Positions 11,064-20,775 of a stretch of DNA of 64,000 bases are shown piece by piece. The stretch's first letter is position 1, and each line of letters begins with the position of its first letter. The translations under genes were made by a program, and so were the position numbers. Below the pieces are notes generated by a model. It had not been told where the DNA came from, searched no databases, and saw nothing but the letters and a program-made list of their open reading frames with translations. Source of the DNA: an uncultured Solirubrobacterales bacterium (lineage in GTDB: Bacteria; Actinomycetota; Thermoleophilia; Solirubrobacterales; 70-9); the NCBI GenBank assembly GCA_963702055.1, contig OY969702.1, forward strand, positions 1,912,301-1,976,300. Reading direction: 5' to 3'.

Positions 11064-11972
11064 CTATGACTTCGCCATGGTTTGGTCGTATGCCTCCCGC
11101 TTTAACCGCAGCGCACGCCTGAGCCGGTGTCGATGCTCTGCTCGAACGAAGCGCTTAAAGTCCTCATCTTCCACGCGTTCGGCATGACGCCATAAGCAAA
11201 TTAGATATCCCCAAACAAACGCAAGGCCAGAGATCCCGAATGGGTGCTTCTTGACGGAGACCTTTGTGGACCTCATCAATACCCAGATGAACGAGTAACG
11301 CGCAATATACGCACATTGACCTTCTCGCATGCGGCCGCGAAGCTTTCCGTCAGAACTCCCAGTGGGTCGATGGTGTTTGGCCACTAGCTGCCGATTCCGC
11401 TCTGTCTGGAAACCATGCATGCGCGCGTAGGTTTCGTCGATCATGTCCCAGCCGAGTCGCTCCTGGATTCCCCCCACCGTCTCGAAGCATTCGCGGGTAA
11501 AGAGCTTCAAAGCGCCGTGCACATGGTAACTAGGCGCAGTTACCGATATCCAGCCCCCTGTCGGGCCCGCTCTCTCGATGATTGAGCCACCGGAAATACC
11601 GAGTTGCGGATTTCGCTCCATCTGCTCAAGGAGTCGTTCAAAGTAGACTGCCGGCAGTTCGATGTCCCCATCGAGCTTTCCGATATGGGTAAAAGCCCCA
11701 ATATCAACCTCACGAATCGCGCGGTTGAACGCTTTCGCCTCGAGCGCCTGCGCCAAACGATCCCTGCCGCTCTGTGACGCTGGCGGTAGTTCGATCACTC
11801 GTAGGAACGCGACTTCGCTCTCAAGTGAGTGCAGGATCTGGAGGGTTTCATCCTCCGACCCGTCGTCTGCGATGATCCACTTGTCGGGAGGCCGCGTTTG
11901 CGCCATTACGGATCGCACCATGAGTTCGATATGAGCGGCCTCATTTCGTACGGGCGAAACGATTAGCAGCAA
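11064..11972 (-). CDS. Family 2 glycosyltransferase
   Basis: LLIVSPVRNEAAHIELMVRSVMAQTRPPDKWIIADDGSEDET (GT-A DxD region). TTG start; an in-frame TAG lies two codons upstream. Confidence 0.85.
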   Translation of the reverse strand: MLLIVSPVRNEAAHIELMVRSVMAQTRPPDKWIIADDGSEDETLQILHSLESEVAFLRVIELPPASQSGRDRLAQALEAKAFNRAIREVDIGAFTHIGKLDGDIELPAVYFERLLEQMERNPQLGISGGSIIERAGPTGGWISVTAPSYHVHGALKLFTRECFETVGGIQERLGWDMIDETYARMHGFQTERNRQLVAKHHRPTGSSDGKLRGRMREGQCAYIARYSFIWVLMRSTKVSVKKHPFGISGLAFVWGYLICLWRHAERVEDEDFKRFVRAEHRHRLRRALRLKREAYDQTMAKS

Positions 11973-12089
11973 GGCCTAGCCTTCCCTTGAAAGAGTCATT
12001 AGACGGACAATATAGCGTTGCAACCTTCACGCTGTGGGTGCCCTCCCTAGGGCACCCACCTTGGACCTGCGGTTGCTATTCTGAGCCAG

Positions 12090-13049
12090 ATGCAAACGCA
12101 CCGCAGTTCTATCTCCAACCCGCCAGGAACTCTGGACGTGACGGCTGTTGTAGTAACCCACAACAGCGCGCGACACCTCGCTGAGTTGGGAGAGTCGTTT
12201 GCAGCTGGCTCTACGCTGCCTGCACGATTGCTAGTCGTAGATAACGCATCTACTGATGATATCGTCGAGAGTGCTGAGTTAGCGGGGTTCGAGACACATA
12301 TGACAGGGTCCAACGATGGCTTTGGTGCTGCGTGCAACGTTGGCCTACACGCAACAACTACCAACTTCGTGTTGTTCTGTAATCCGGACGTGCGGCCATC
12401 ACCCACCGCACTTGAGCGGCTTTTGGTTGCGCTAACAAATACTCCTGCCGCGGCTATCGCTGGCCCGGCATTAGAGACCCCGGCTCAAGCGCGGCAATTT
12501 TCAAAACTTAGCGCGAACATTGTGGGATTTCTTCCCCGCCGATTAAAACGCCACGTGGCACGCTTCGGGCAAAATCTACCCGTCGATATGAGTAAGGAGA
12601 AAGTCGTAGTCAATTATGCTGTGGGTGCCTTTATTTTATGTCGAGTGGCCGCCTTGAAATCAGTCGGTGGGTTTGACGACCGCTTCTTTCTCTACTGCGA
12701 AGAGGAGGATCTTTGTCGTCGTCTTGGCGAACGGGGATGGCAGACACTGCTGATTCCGTCATCAATCGTTACGCATGAAGAGAGCGCGTCAAGTGCGGGC
12801 GTCGACGAGACGGTAATGGCTCCATTTCGTATCCACAGTCTCTACTGGTACTACCGTAGACACCGCTCTCGTGCATACGCCGAGTGGGCCCGCTGCCTGC
12901 TCGCGACGTTCATAGCTGCCGATCGCGCATACCGCACGATCACTCGAAGAGCACAAGGATATGGCCCGAGAGCAGCAATAGCTCCCTTTCGCAGCATTGA
13001 CGCGATCCGTCGTGACTACGAACAGCGTGTAGCGGGGCGCGTAGCATGA
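12090..13049 (+). CDS. Family 2 glycosyltransferase (rhamnosyltransferase-like)
   Basis: VTAVVVTHNSARHL...LLVVDNASTDD...GFGAACN...FFLYCEEEDLCRR. Confidence 0.85.
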   Translation: MQTHRSSISNPPGTLDVTAVVVTHNSARHLAELGESFAAGSTLPARLLVVDNASTDDIVESAELAGFETHMTGSNDGFGAACNVGLHATTTNFVLFCNPDVRPSPTALERLLVALTNTPAAAIAGPALETPAQARQFSKLSANIVGFLPRRLKRHVARFGQNLPVDMSKEKVVVNYAVGAFILCRVAALKSVGGFDDRFFLYCEEEDLCRRLGERGWQTLLIPSSIVTHEESASSAGVDETVMAPFRIHSLYWYYRRHRSRAYAEWARCLLATFIAADRAYRTITRRAQGYGPRAAIAPFRSIDAIRRDYEQRVAGRVA

Positions 13050-13756
13050 GGTTGAACCGACGCGAGCTTCGCCGTGCGATACCTCAGCCATTGCGCCAGC
13101 GACTCTACGACTGGAGTCCATCACGGCGACGTCGGTGGCGCGAAGTCCCTGGAGTAACTCATATACCAGCCCCTGCGAAGGTTGCGCTTTCTTTCGATGA
13201 CGGACCCGACGAGTGCTGCACCCCAAAGATTCTTGACGTCCTGAGCAGAGTAGGCGCCACTGCCACGTTTTTCGTGATCGGTGAGCGTGTTGCTAAGCAC
13301 CCAACTCTCGTGCAGGAAATTAAAGCCAGGGGACACGAACTTGGTGTTCATGGAATGACCCATCGTCGACATGATCTCCTGTCGGAGGAAGAGGCTAGAG
13401 CCGAACTTCTCCAGGGCATTGAGGAAATCCAGAATGCCTGTGGCTGGCGACCACAACGGTACAGACCCCCATTCGGCGCCGCCTCTCCGCAACTCGCGTC
13501 AATCTCGAAAGAACTTGGGCTGCAGCTAACTTACTGGAGTTCTTGGGGCCAAGACTGGGACGAAATCTCCGCATCCCGTATCGCTCACCTCGTGATACGC
13601 GACCTCGATGTCGGCGCCGTGGTTCTCCTCCACGATTCCGCTCTATACGGCCAGCGTGACGATGCGACGGCCACTATTGAATCAATACCAATAATTGCTC
13701 AGTCGGCGTACGACCGAGGATTCGAGCTCGTATCGCTCGCTGCCGCCTTCAATTGA
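13046..13756 (+). CDS. Polysaccharide deacetylase (NodB/CE4 domain)
   Basis: VALSFDDGPDECCTPKILDVLSRVGATATFFVIGERV..HELGVHGMTH. ATGA overlap with the upstream GT2. Confidence 0.85.
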   Translation: MRLNRRELRRAIPQPLRQRLYDWSPSRRRRWREVPGVTHIPAPAKVALSFDDGPDECCTPKILDVLSRVGATATFFVIGERVAKHPTLVQEIKARGHELGVHGMTHRRHDLLSEEEARAELLQGIEEIQNACGWRPQRYRPPFGAASPQLASISKELGLQLTYWSSWGQDWDEISASRIAHLVIRDLDVGAVVLLHDSALYGQRDDATATIESIPIIAQSAYDRGFELVSLAAAFN

Positions 13757-14223
13757 AAGTTCGGCCTGATCGAAAGCCCAGCGTCCTGCTTGTCTGCTCT
13801 CCTGGCGGACACCTTCTCCAACTGCTGCGTTTACAACCCGCCTGGAACGATCTGAAGCGTACCTGGATCACCTTGGAAGCCCCGGACTCCAACTCTCTAC
13901 TTAAGCAGGAGCACGTGATCCTTGCATACGGACCGACGAACCGCAGTATCAAGGCTCTACTCATAAACCTCCTTCTCGCCTGGCGGGTAGTGCGTCGCGA
14001 GAGACCTGACGCCATCCTCTCGACCGGCGCCGCCCTCGCCTTTCCCTTCTTCTTGGTTGGCAAGCTCTTCGGCGTGCGCTTGATCTTTGTCGAGAGCCTG
14101 ACACGCATCAATGGCCTCGGGCTCACCGGGCGACTGGTGTATCCACTTGCTAGCGCAATTTTCGTGCAGTGGCCGAGCGCCGCCCGGCGGAGGCGAACTC
14201 GATTCGTGGGTGGCTTGTTGTGA
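13753..14223 (+). CDS. Alg14-like membrane-anchoring subunit of a split glycosyltransferase (PssD/Cps14F-like)
   Basis: SVLLVCSPGGHLLQLLRL..ILSTGAALAFPFFLVGKLFGVRLIFVES. TTGA overlap with the deacetylase stop. Confidence 0.75.
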   Translation: MKVRPDRKPSVLLVCSPGGHLLQLLRLQPAWNDLKRTWITLEAPDSNSLLKQEHVILAYGPTNRSIKALLINLLLAWRVVRRERPDAILSTGAALAFPFFLVGKLFGVRLIFVESLTRINGLGLTGRLVYPLASAIFVQWPSAARRRRTRFVGGLL

Positions 14224-14684
14224 TCTTCGCGACCGTTGGCAGCCACCCCACGTTCAAGTTCGATCGGTTCCTCCGTCTGCTGGAATCAGTGCCGGGAGAT
14301 GACTTAATCGTCCAATCCGGCCCAGGACGTCCTCCGGCAAACGCTCGCGAAGCACTGCCGTGGATGACGTACGAGGAGATCCTCGAGTATATGAACTGTG
14401 CTTCCCACGTGATTAGCCACGCTGGCGTGGGCACTATCCTGACCGCAATTCGGGCCGGACATGTCCCTATCGTTTTTCCGCGACTGCGTCGCTTCGATGA
14501 GACCGTGGACGATCACCAACTTGAACTATCAACAGCCCTAGTGGAGACTGGCCGAGTCGTGCTCGTCGAGGCGGCTGTCGACCTGAACGATGCAATTCAG
14601 AACGCGCCGCCGCGGAACTCTGGCTCCCCACCCAACGATGCCGCTCTTATTAAGGCGGTTCGGTGTGAGTTACTGAAGAAGTAG
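14220..14684 (+). CDS. Alg13-like catalytic subunit (GT28 C-terminal domain; PssE/Cps14G-like)
   Basis: V(M)IFATVGSHPTFKFDRFL..VISHAGVGTILTAIRAGHVPIVFPR..DDHQLELSTAL. GTGA overlap with the Alg14-like stop. Confidence 0.75.
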   Translation: MIFATVGSHPTFKFDRFLRLLESVPGDDLIVQSGPGRPPANAREALPWMTYEEILEYMNCASHVISHAGVGTILTAIRAGHVPIVFPRLRRFDETVDDHQLELSTALVETGRVVLVEAAVDLNDAIQNAPPRNSGSPPNDAALIKAVRCELLKK

Positions 14685-14754
14685 CGGCGATTATGCCGCA
14701 GCTGGCACCTTTTGGGCGTGTTCATTACATGTAACGCGCGGCTTGGCACCTAGA

Positions 14755-15987
14755 TCACATTTTAATATTTGGCCTGTCTTCATGCTGCCTTGCCACTTCA
14801 TCTATATACACACTGACTAGGCGTTTGCCAATCTTCTCCCATAGGAACTGCTCGGCGTGGAGAAAGCCTGCCTTAATTCGGCAACCGATCGCTTCAATGT
14901 CGGCACGAAATTTATAATCAAGGTCCTGAATATGCATTGCGAACTGATCTGGAGTGTCGCCAAACAATGCATGAACATTGGGTTGGAGCGAATATCCTTC
15001 TAGGCCAATGGATGTCCCCACAAGCGGCAGTCCCTTCGCCAAGGCCTCGACGACCTTCAGACGGCTCCCTCCACCCGAGAGAAATGGTGCAAGCGCGACG
15101 TGATGGCTGCTGTAGTAGTCATCTAGTAATGGCACGTGACCGACGAGCCGACAAAGTGGATGATCGAGCCAATCCCAGTTGGAACCAATAACGGTTACCT
15201 GAGGATCAACACGACAATCTATGGCTGGCAGCACATTTTTGACAAACCATGCCATCCCCACACGATTCGGTTCCCATGATCCGCTACCCACGAATAGCAG
15301 TTTGAGAGGCTCATTCTCGTTGAGCGCTGTTGGCGGGGGTGGTGTTGGATGACGATTGACCCCATTTGGAACGCATACCGCATTTGCACCTAACGTCGCA
15401 CAATAATTTGCATCCTCGTTCGAGACACCGAGACATAAGTCAAATTCAGCCAAGTGCGACACTTCCCATTGACGGAGGAGCTCGGCCTCTTTCATGTACA
15501 GCATCTTTCGTAACCGTTCGTGCGTGGTGGTCGCCATCCGCATCATGAGGCGTGACTCGACATTGTGAAGTGCCATGACGCGAACGATTGACGTTGGTGC
15601 GAGCCGGGCGAGGTTGCCGAGCACCAGATCGTCGCAGTGCAGAAGATCGGGCTCAAAGACATTGATGGTTTCCATGAGAGCTTTGACCATGGGCTCATCC
15701 GCATGGGTTTGGAATCCATAGGACCGTCCGCGCAGCATCGTTTGAAGCTGTAGCCAGCGCTTCTCCTGTCGCGGACGTGGAACGAGGGTGACGGCCTCGG
15801 CATTCGGGAGTGCAGCAGCGACGCTCGCCTCACTCTCCCTTGGCAGGGTACTTCCGGGCTGGGCGTCGAACCCCAGGAAGTGTAAGTCCGTAGCCATGGA
15901 CAACTCCCTGGCAAGCGCATGCGTTCGCATTCGCGCTCCGTTGTCGAGAGGTAGGGGAGGCTGACGTGAAAGGAACAGGACCTTCAT
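14755..15987 (-). CDS. Family 4 (GT-B) glycosyltransferase
   Basis: MKVLFLSRQPPLPLDNGARMRTHALAREL... and C-terminal ..PFLSGGGSRLKVVEALAKGLPLVGT (E-x7-E region). Confidence 0.85.
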   Translation of the reverse strand: MKVLFLSRQPPLPLDNGARMRTHALARELSMATDLHFLGFDAQPGSTLPRESEASVAAALPNAEAVTLVPRPRQEKRWLQLQTMLRGRSYGFQTHADEPMVKALMETINVFEPDLLHCDDLVLGNLARLAPTSIVRVMALHNVESRLMMRMATTTHERLRKMLYMKEAELLRQWEVSHLAEFDLCLGVSNEDANYCATLGANAVCVPNGVNRHPTPPPPTALNENEPLKLLFVGSGSWEPNRVGMAWFVKNVLPAIDCRVDPQVTVIGSNWDWLDHPLCRLVGHVPLLDDYYSSHHVALAPFLSGGGSRLKVVEALAKGLPLVGTSIGLEGYSLQPNVHALFGDTPDQFAMHIQDLDYKFRADIEAIGCRIKAGFLHAEQFLWEKIGKRLVSVYIDEVARQHEDRPNIKM

Positions 15988-16101
15988 TTCAATACCTACC
16001 CTATGGGTCTGGGCCGGCAGCTACGACGCGCTATGCCCGATCTGCGCATGAGAGAGAAGCGAAGGTAACTTCGCGAAGGGGCCTGATGTGGCGACAATTC
16101 C

Positions 16102-17655
16102 CTACAGGCCCCGTCGGCCTAGCACGAACGGGACCGTTCGCAGAAGCGTCTTAATGTCCAGCCACAGTGACCAATTGGCCCCGTAGAGGTAGTCGATCTT
16201 GGTCATCTCGTTGAGAGGAATGCGAGCGGAACCGTAAATTTGCCAGAGGCCGGTGATACCGGGGGGCAGCAGTAGGCGATGGCGGTGGAGGCCCTCGATC
16301 AAGCAGTCCTCGTCGACCGGCAGCGGGCGAGGACCCACCAACGCCATGTCCCCGCGCAGGACGTTGAGCAACTGGGGCAGTTCGTCGAGTGAGGTTTTCC
16401 TGATGAAGCGACCAACGCGTGTGATCCGTGGATCGTTCTCGATCTTGAATATGCCTCCACCAGCCTCGTTGCGGTCGGCAAGTGCCGCTTGCTCGGCATC
16501 GGCGCCATCGACCATGGTTCGGAACTTGTAGATCTCGAACACCTCGTCGTCGCGGCCGACCCGACGTTGCCTGAAGAAGACCGGGCCACGTGAGTCGAGC
16601 TTGATCGCCACCGCAATTATGGCCATAAGGGGGGCTAGCAGCAGCAGGGCGAGCAATGCGCCGGCGAGGTCGAAGCTGCGCTTGAGGATCCACGAGGACC
16701 GGCTGAAGCCGTGGCGGCGCACTCCGAGGAGGGTCGCGCCCTCGACGTCGTCGAACTCATATGCGGAGCCCACCACCTCAAACATCCGTGGCAGCACACT
16801 GATCCGCACGCCCAGGCGCTTGACGACGCGGATTGCATCGAGCAATCGGTGGTCGGAATCGCCGCGACCCGGAGCGATCAGCGCGCGGTCAACTCTGTGC
16901 TCGGCGAGCGCGCTGCCGAGGGAGTCGAAGCTCCCCAGCATGGGCAGGGCATTGCTGCTGGTGTCCTCGGGACTGAGCGGAACTCGGCCCACGACCCTCG
17001 CCTTGGTTTCCTGAGAGCGCTCCAGCTTGGTGGTGAGCCAGTGGGCCGCGTCGGCGTTACCGAGGATGATGCAGCGCTCCTCGTCCACCATTTTGCCCGC
17101 CAAGCGCCTGGCGAGTCCGCGCATCAGCAACATCGAGACGAACAGAAGGCCCCAGAGCACCGCGGCCTGTCCGCGCCCGAAAGTGCCGTCGACGATCCTC
17201 TCGCCGGCGAAGAACGCCAGTAGCGTGTAGAGCGCCGCGACTTGAAATAGGGCGGGAGCCTCGTCGAGGGTCGTCTTGCGGAGCAGGTGCTCGTCGCGGT
17301 CGTAGAGCCCGGCCAACTTGCAGACAGGGACGATGGTCGCAATCGCAATGATTGCCCAGACCCCGAGAGAGTCGTTGCCCAAGACCGGGATGGCGACGAC
17401 GAAAGCGGTCGTTGTCGCCACCAGGTCGGCCACGGCCAGCAACCTCCGGTAAAGGGTGTCGCGGGACACCGAGGCCGATGTCGATCCGCCTTCGGCGACG
17501 CCGTTCGCGTTTCCCTTGGGTTCGAGCGGCCGACCCTCCGATGCCTTGACATCGGAGGGCAAACGGAGCTTTCTCGTCGTTGTTCGGCCAGCCCGGAAGA
17601 GCGACCCCCCCTGAAAGGCTTGCGATTCGGCTTCTAACGCTCCCTGATTAGACAT
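16102..17655 (-). CDS. Priming polyprenyl-phosphate glycosyl-1-phosphate transferase (WbaP/EpsL-type bacterial sugar transferase)
   Basis: C-terminal KRSFDLAGALLALLLLAPLMAIIAVAIKLDSRGPVFFRQRRVGRDDEVFEIYKFRTMV..DELPQLLNVLRGDMALVGPRP, with N-terminal TM helices. Confidence 0.9.
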   Translation of the reverse strand: MSNQGALEAESQAFQGGSLFRAGRTTTRKLRLPSDVKASEGRPLEPKGNANGVAEGGSTSASVSRDTLYRRLLAVADLVATTTAFVVAIPVLGNDSLGVWAIIAIATIVPVCKLAGLYDRDEHLLRKTTLDEAPALFQVAALYTLLAFFAGERIVDGTFGRGQAAVLWGLLFVSMLLMRGLARRLAGKMVDEERCIILGNADAAHWLTTKLERSQETKARVVGRVPLSPEDTSSNALPMLGSFDSLGSALAEHRVDRALIAPGRGDSDHRLLDAIRVVKRLGVRISVLPRMFEVVGSAYEFDDVEGATLLGVRRHGFSRSSWILKRSFDLAGALLALLLLAPLMAIIAVAIKLDSRGPVFFRQRRVGRDDEVFEIYKFRTMVDGADAEQAALADRNEAGGGIFKIENDPRITRVGRFIRKTSLDELPQLLNVLRGDMALVGPRPLPVDEDCLIEGLHRHRLLLPPGITGLWQIYGSARIPLNEMTKIDYLYGANWSLWLDIKTLLRTVPFVLGRRGL

Positions 17656-17735
17656 GGTTCCGTGACCAAAGAACGCGCTTGGAACGACCTAACTCGCGCG
17701 GGCGGCCAAATTTTTTCGGGGAAGCAGCGCGCCAC

Positions 17736-18083
17736 TCAATGCATCTGAGGAGTCCCCAACATGCGCTCCTGCTCCGAGGCCTCATCGAGATCGGCTAGGT
17801 AGACGAACACCGCGTGAGCCATCAGCAGCTCGACAGGCGCTGCGAATTTGCGGGCCTCGCGCTCCAACGCCCTCCGAACCTCCGGTTCAACGGACAGCTC
17901 GAAGTCGACTCCGGTGGCCTCCAGGGGGTATTCGCGGCGGAAGCGGGGAAACTCAACCGGCCTCCAGCCCAACTTGAGGCGATGCGCGTAATGCCGAAGG
18001 GCCACCTGAACGCCCGCGGCAAGGTCAACTCCGAGGCGGGCCTCGATACCCGAGCGCGCGAATGTGCCGAGTGCGACTCTCAC
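17736..18083 (-). CDS. Small protein with two ribbon-helix-helix-like units (paralogue family 1 of 3)
   Basis: VDFELSVEPEVRRALEREARKFAAPVELLMAHAVFVYLADLD has a beta-strand plus two-helix pattern like CopG/Arc. It is similar to 20816..21193 and 18963..19187. Confidence 0.45.
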   Translation of the reverse strand: MRVALGTFARSGIEARLGVDLAAGVQVALRHYAHRLKLGWRPVEFPRFRREYPLEATGVDFELSVEPEVRRALEREARKFAAPVELLMAHAVFVYLADLDEASEQERMLGTPQMH

Positions 18084-18328
18084 CGGTCTTCTGCCGTTAA
18101 GAACGCCCGATGAGGCTCAAGATTTTCACGATTGCCGCAGAAATCCTCCCAAGTTCAGCCCGTAATAGTTGTGCAATTGCTCTGCATTCACGGCGACTTG
18201 AGCGTCAGATGGGAATTTGGACGAATATTTGGCATTGACAAATGACCCATACGCCCCAACCCTGTATCGCAGGTTCCGTAAGAAACGCTGAGTTTTCTTG
18301 CGGAAAATCGAAAAGGCAGGGAGACGCC

Positions 18329-18955
18329 GTGATCAGCCATCAATCGGAGCGGGGCCTACGGGACTCCGGCGATCCGTCCGGTAGCGCCGCAGGAAGCCCC
18401 AGCGACAGCCGGCTCGTAAAGAGGGCTGTGGAGCGAGCCAAGGCGGGCGACGTGGAGGGGCTGCATTTCCTCTACGTCCGCTACGCGCCCGACGTGCTTC
18501 GCTACGTGGCGAGTTTCGTCCAGGACCGCCACGAGGCCGAGGACATCACGCAGAACGTGTTCGCCAAGCTGATGACGGCGATCGGCAAGTACGAGCAGCG
18601 CGAGGTGCCGTTCACGGCATGGATCCTGCGCGTCGCCCGCAACGCGGCCCTCGACCACCTGCGTGTCCGGCGCGCAATCCCCACGGAGGAGGTGCGGGTC
18701 GTCGACGTCGGTCAGGCGCAGATCAGCTTCGAGCGCGGCCAGGATCTGCGCCATGCCCTCGAGCAGCTGCCCGAAGACCAGCGGGAGGTGCTCGTCCTCA
18801 GACACATCGTCGGCCTCTCACCGATTGAGATCGCCGACGCGGTCGACAAGACCGAAAGCTCCGTCCACGGGCTACATCACAGGGGGCGGCGCACGCTTCA
18901 GGCGAAGCTGACCGAACTCGGCGCGGCCCCCGTGGTCGTGCCGTCGCCGATCTAG
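18329..18955 (+). CDS. ECF-type sigma-70 family RNA polymerase sigma factor
   Basis: Region 2 DRHEAEDITQNVFAKLMTAIGKYEQREVPFTAWILRVARNAALDHLR; region 4 LPEDQREVLVLRHIVGLSPIEIADAVDKTESSVHGLHHRGRRTL. GTG 18329 follows GGGAG. Confidence 0.8.
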   Translation: MISHQSERGLRDSGDPSGSAAGSPSDSRLVKRAVERAKAGDVEGLHFLYVRYAPDVLRYVASFVQDRHEAEDITQNVFAKLMTAIGKYEQREVPFTAWILRVARNAALDHLRVRRAIPTEEVRVVDVGQAQISFERGQDLRHALEQLPEDQREVLVLRHIVGLSPIEIADAVDKTESSVHGLHHRGRRTLQAKLTELGAAPVVVPSPI

Positions 18956-19187
18956 GCTCGATTCAACCCTCAGTTTCGAGACTGTCGAGGATGAGCTGGG
19001 TGGCGCGACCGGCATCCCGATCCGCGGCGAAATAGAGCGCCGTGTGCTCGATCAGCTGCTGCGTGGAGACGCCTTGACGGTCGGCCTCCAGCTCAAACGA
19101 GCGCCAGACCTCGTCGTCGACGCTCAGTTCCAACTCCACCTCCTCCCCACCGGTCTCTTCTCCATTGCGCAGGAAGCCGGGGTACGG
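18925..19187. repeat. Direct repeat copy 1 (~263 bp), partner at 20776..21040
   Basis: Hand alignment: the two copies are near-identical along their length. The repeat contains the last ~10 codons plus stop of the sigma gene and the C-terminal RHH unit on the opposite strand. Confidence 0.85.
18963..19187 (-). pseudogene. Truncated RHH-family paralogue (second unit only), inside repeat copy 1
   Basis: ..PYPGFLRNGEETGGEEVELELSVDDEVWRSFELEADRQGVSTQQLIEHTALYFAADRDAGRATQLILDSLETEG. The upstream part of ORF 18963..19310 overlaps the dehydrogenase 3' end and is Arg-rich noise. Confidence 0.4.
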
Positions 19188-19263
19188 CTTCTTCCATGGG
19201 AAGCGGCGATGCTGCCCGGTGTGGAATCGGCGGGCTTGACTATCTTGAGGTCCGCTGAGCCGC

Positions 19264-20511
19264 CTAGAGGCGAACGAGATTCTCGGCCGCGATCTCGCGG
19301 GTGACGCCACGGAAGTCGATCACCCGTGCGGCCTCCGACACGACCCGCTCGTAATCGAGCTGGGGGTGCGCGGTGACGATCGCCGCCAGGTCGGCTTCTG
19401 CCAGGGCCTCGGGCAGATCGACCGAGGCGAGGCCCAGGTCGGCCAACTCGGCGACGTGGGGGTCATGATAGGAAACCTCGCCGCCGCGGTCTACCAGCAG
19501 CTGGATGATCTTCAGCGCCGGGGACTCGCGGATGTCCCCGACCCCCGCCTTGTAGCTGACCCCGAGGACCAGGACCTTGGAGCCCTTGACCGGCTTGCCG
19601 GCGTCGTTGAGCGCTCGCTCGATCCGCTCGACGCAGTAGGAGGGCTGGGACTGGTTGATCTTCCCCGCCAGCTCGATGAACTCGGGGTAGAAGTTGTGCT
19701 CGCGCGCCTTGAAGGCCAGGTAGAAGGGGTCGACGGGAAGGCAGTGCCCGCCCATTCCGGGCCCCGGCTCGAAGCGCATGAAGCCGAAGGGCTTGGTCGA
19801 GGCGGCGTCGATCGCCTCCCAGACGTCGATCCCCAGCCGGTCGCAGAGCTGGGCCAGCTCGTTGACGAAGGCGATGTTGACCGAGCGGAAGATGTTCTCC
19901 AGCAGCTTCGCCAGCTCCGCCGTCTCGGGGTTGGAGAGGACGACCACCTCCTCACAGACCTCCGCGTAGAGGGCGCGGGCGCGCTCGGCGCAGGCCTCGG
20001 TGAGGCCGCCAACCAGCTTCGGCGTGGTGGCGACCGTGTAATCGGTGCGCCCCGGGTCGATCCGCTCGGGCGAGAAGGCGAGGTGGAAGTCGCGGCCCGC
20101 GGCCATCCCCGATTCCTCGAGGATCGGCAGCAGCCGCTCGCGGGTGGTGCCCGGGTAGGTGGTCGACTCGAGGACGACGAGCTGCTCGGGCTGCAGCACA
20201 GCCGAGAGCGAGCCGGCAGCGTCGAGCAGGTGGGTGAGGTCGGGCTCGCGGGTCCCGGTCAGCGGGGTGGGGACGCAGACGATCACCGCGTTGCAGGAGG
20301 CGAGGTCGGCGTGGCGGGGGGTCGGGCGGAGTCGGGCGGACAGCGGCACGAGAGCCTCGTCGGGGATGTCCTCGATGTAGCTGCGCCCCTCGCCGAGGGC
20401 GTCGAGCTTGCGCTGATCGGCGTCGAGCCCGACCACCTCGTGCCCGGCCTGCGCAAAGGCGACCGCGAGCGGTAGCCCGACGTAGCCGAGGCCGATGATG
20501 CCGATCTTCAT
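19264..20511 (-). CDS. Nucleotide-sugar 6-dehydrogenase (UDP-glucose/GDP-mannose dehydrogenase family)
   Basis: MKIGIIGLGYVGLPLAVAFAQAGHEVVGLD (Rossmann)...GPGMGGHCLPVDP (catalytic Cys)...VLGVSYKAGVGDIRESP. Confidence 0.9.
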   Translation of the reverse strand: MKIGIIGLGYVGLPLAVAFAQAGHEVVGLDADQRKLDALGEGRSYIEDIPDEALVPLSARLRPTPRHADLASCNAVIVCVPTPLTGTREPDLTHLLDAAGSLSAVLQPEQLVVLESTTYPGTTRERLLPILEESGMAAGRDFHLAFSPERIDPGRTDYTVATTPKLVGGLTEACAERARALYAEVCEEVVVLSNPETAELAKLLENIFRSVNIAFVNELAQLCDRLGIDVWEAIDAASTKPFGFMRFEPGPGMGGHCLPVDPFYLAFKAREHNFYPEFIELAGKINQSQPSYCVERIERALNDAGKPVKGSKVLVLGVSYKAGVGDIRESPALKIIQLLVDRGGEVSYHDPHVAELADLGLASVDLPEALAEADLAAIVTAHPQLDYERVVSEAARVIDFRGVTREIAAENLVRL

Positions 20512-20775
20512 CCAAGAAAACTACTAAGTAAATGGCCGGCAGGATGCTGTACCAATTTTTGCTACTGACTCCTTGGGAGTTGGGCAAGCGCCAGACGCGC
20601 TTCGAATACAGCGGCCATGTGGTTGGTTTGGCACTGTGTCCGTTTTGACCGCGGCCCAGGTCAGTGTCTCCCCGGCCACGGCCGCCACGAAGGAGATCGC
20701 CGTCGCCACGATCATCCCTATCGCGGCGCCAAGCTCGGGCGTGTAGAAGTCGAGCTCATTGAACGGCGAGCGCCA

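Noticed and set aside
14695-14736. Short hairpin GCGGC..GCCGC and 10-bp palindrome TTACATGTAA between the convergent Alg13-like and GT4 genes
   Set aside because: The stems are very short and such palindromes are expected by chance in a 70-bp convergent intergenic region. There is no independent support.
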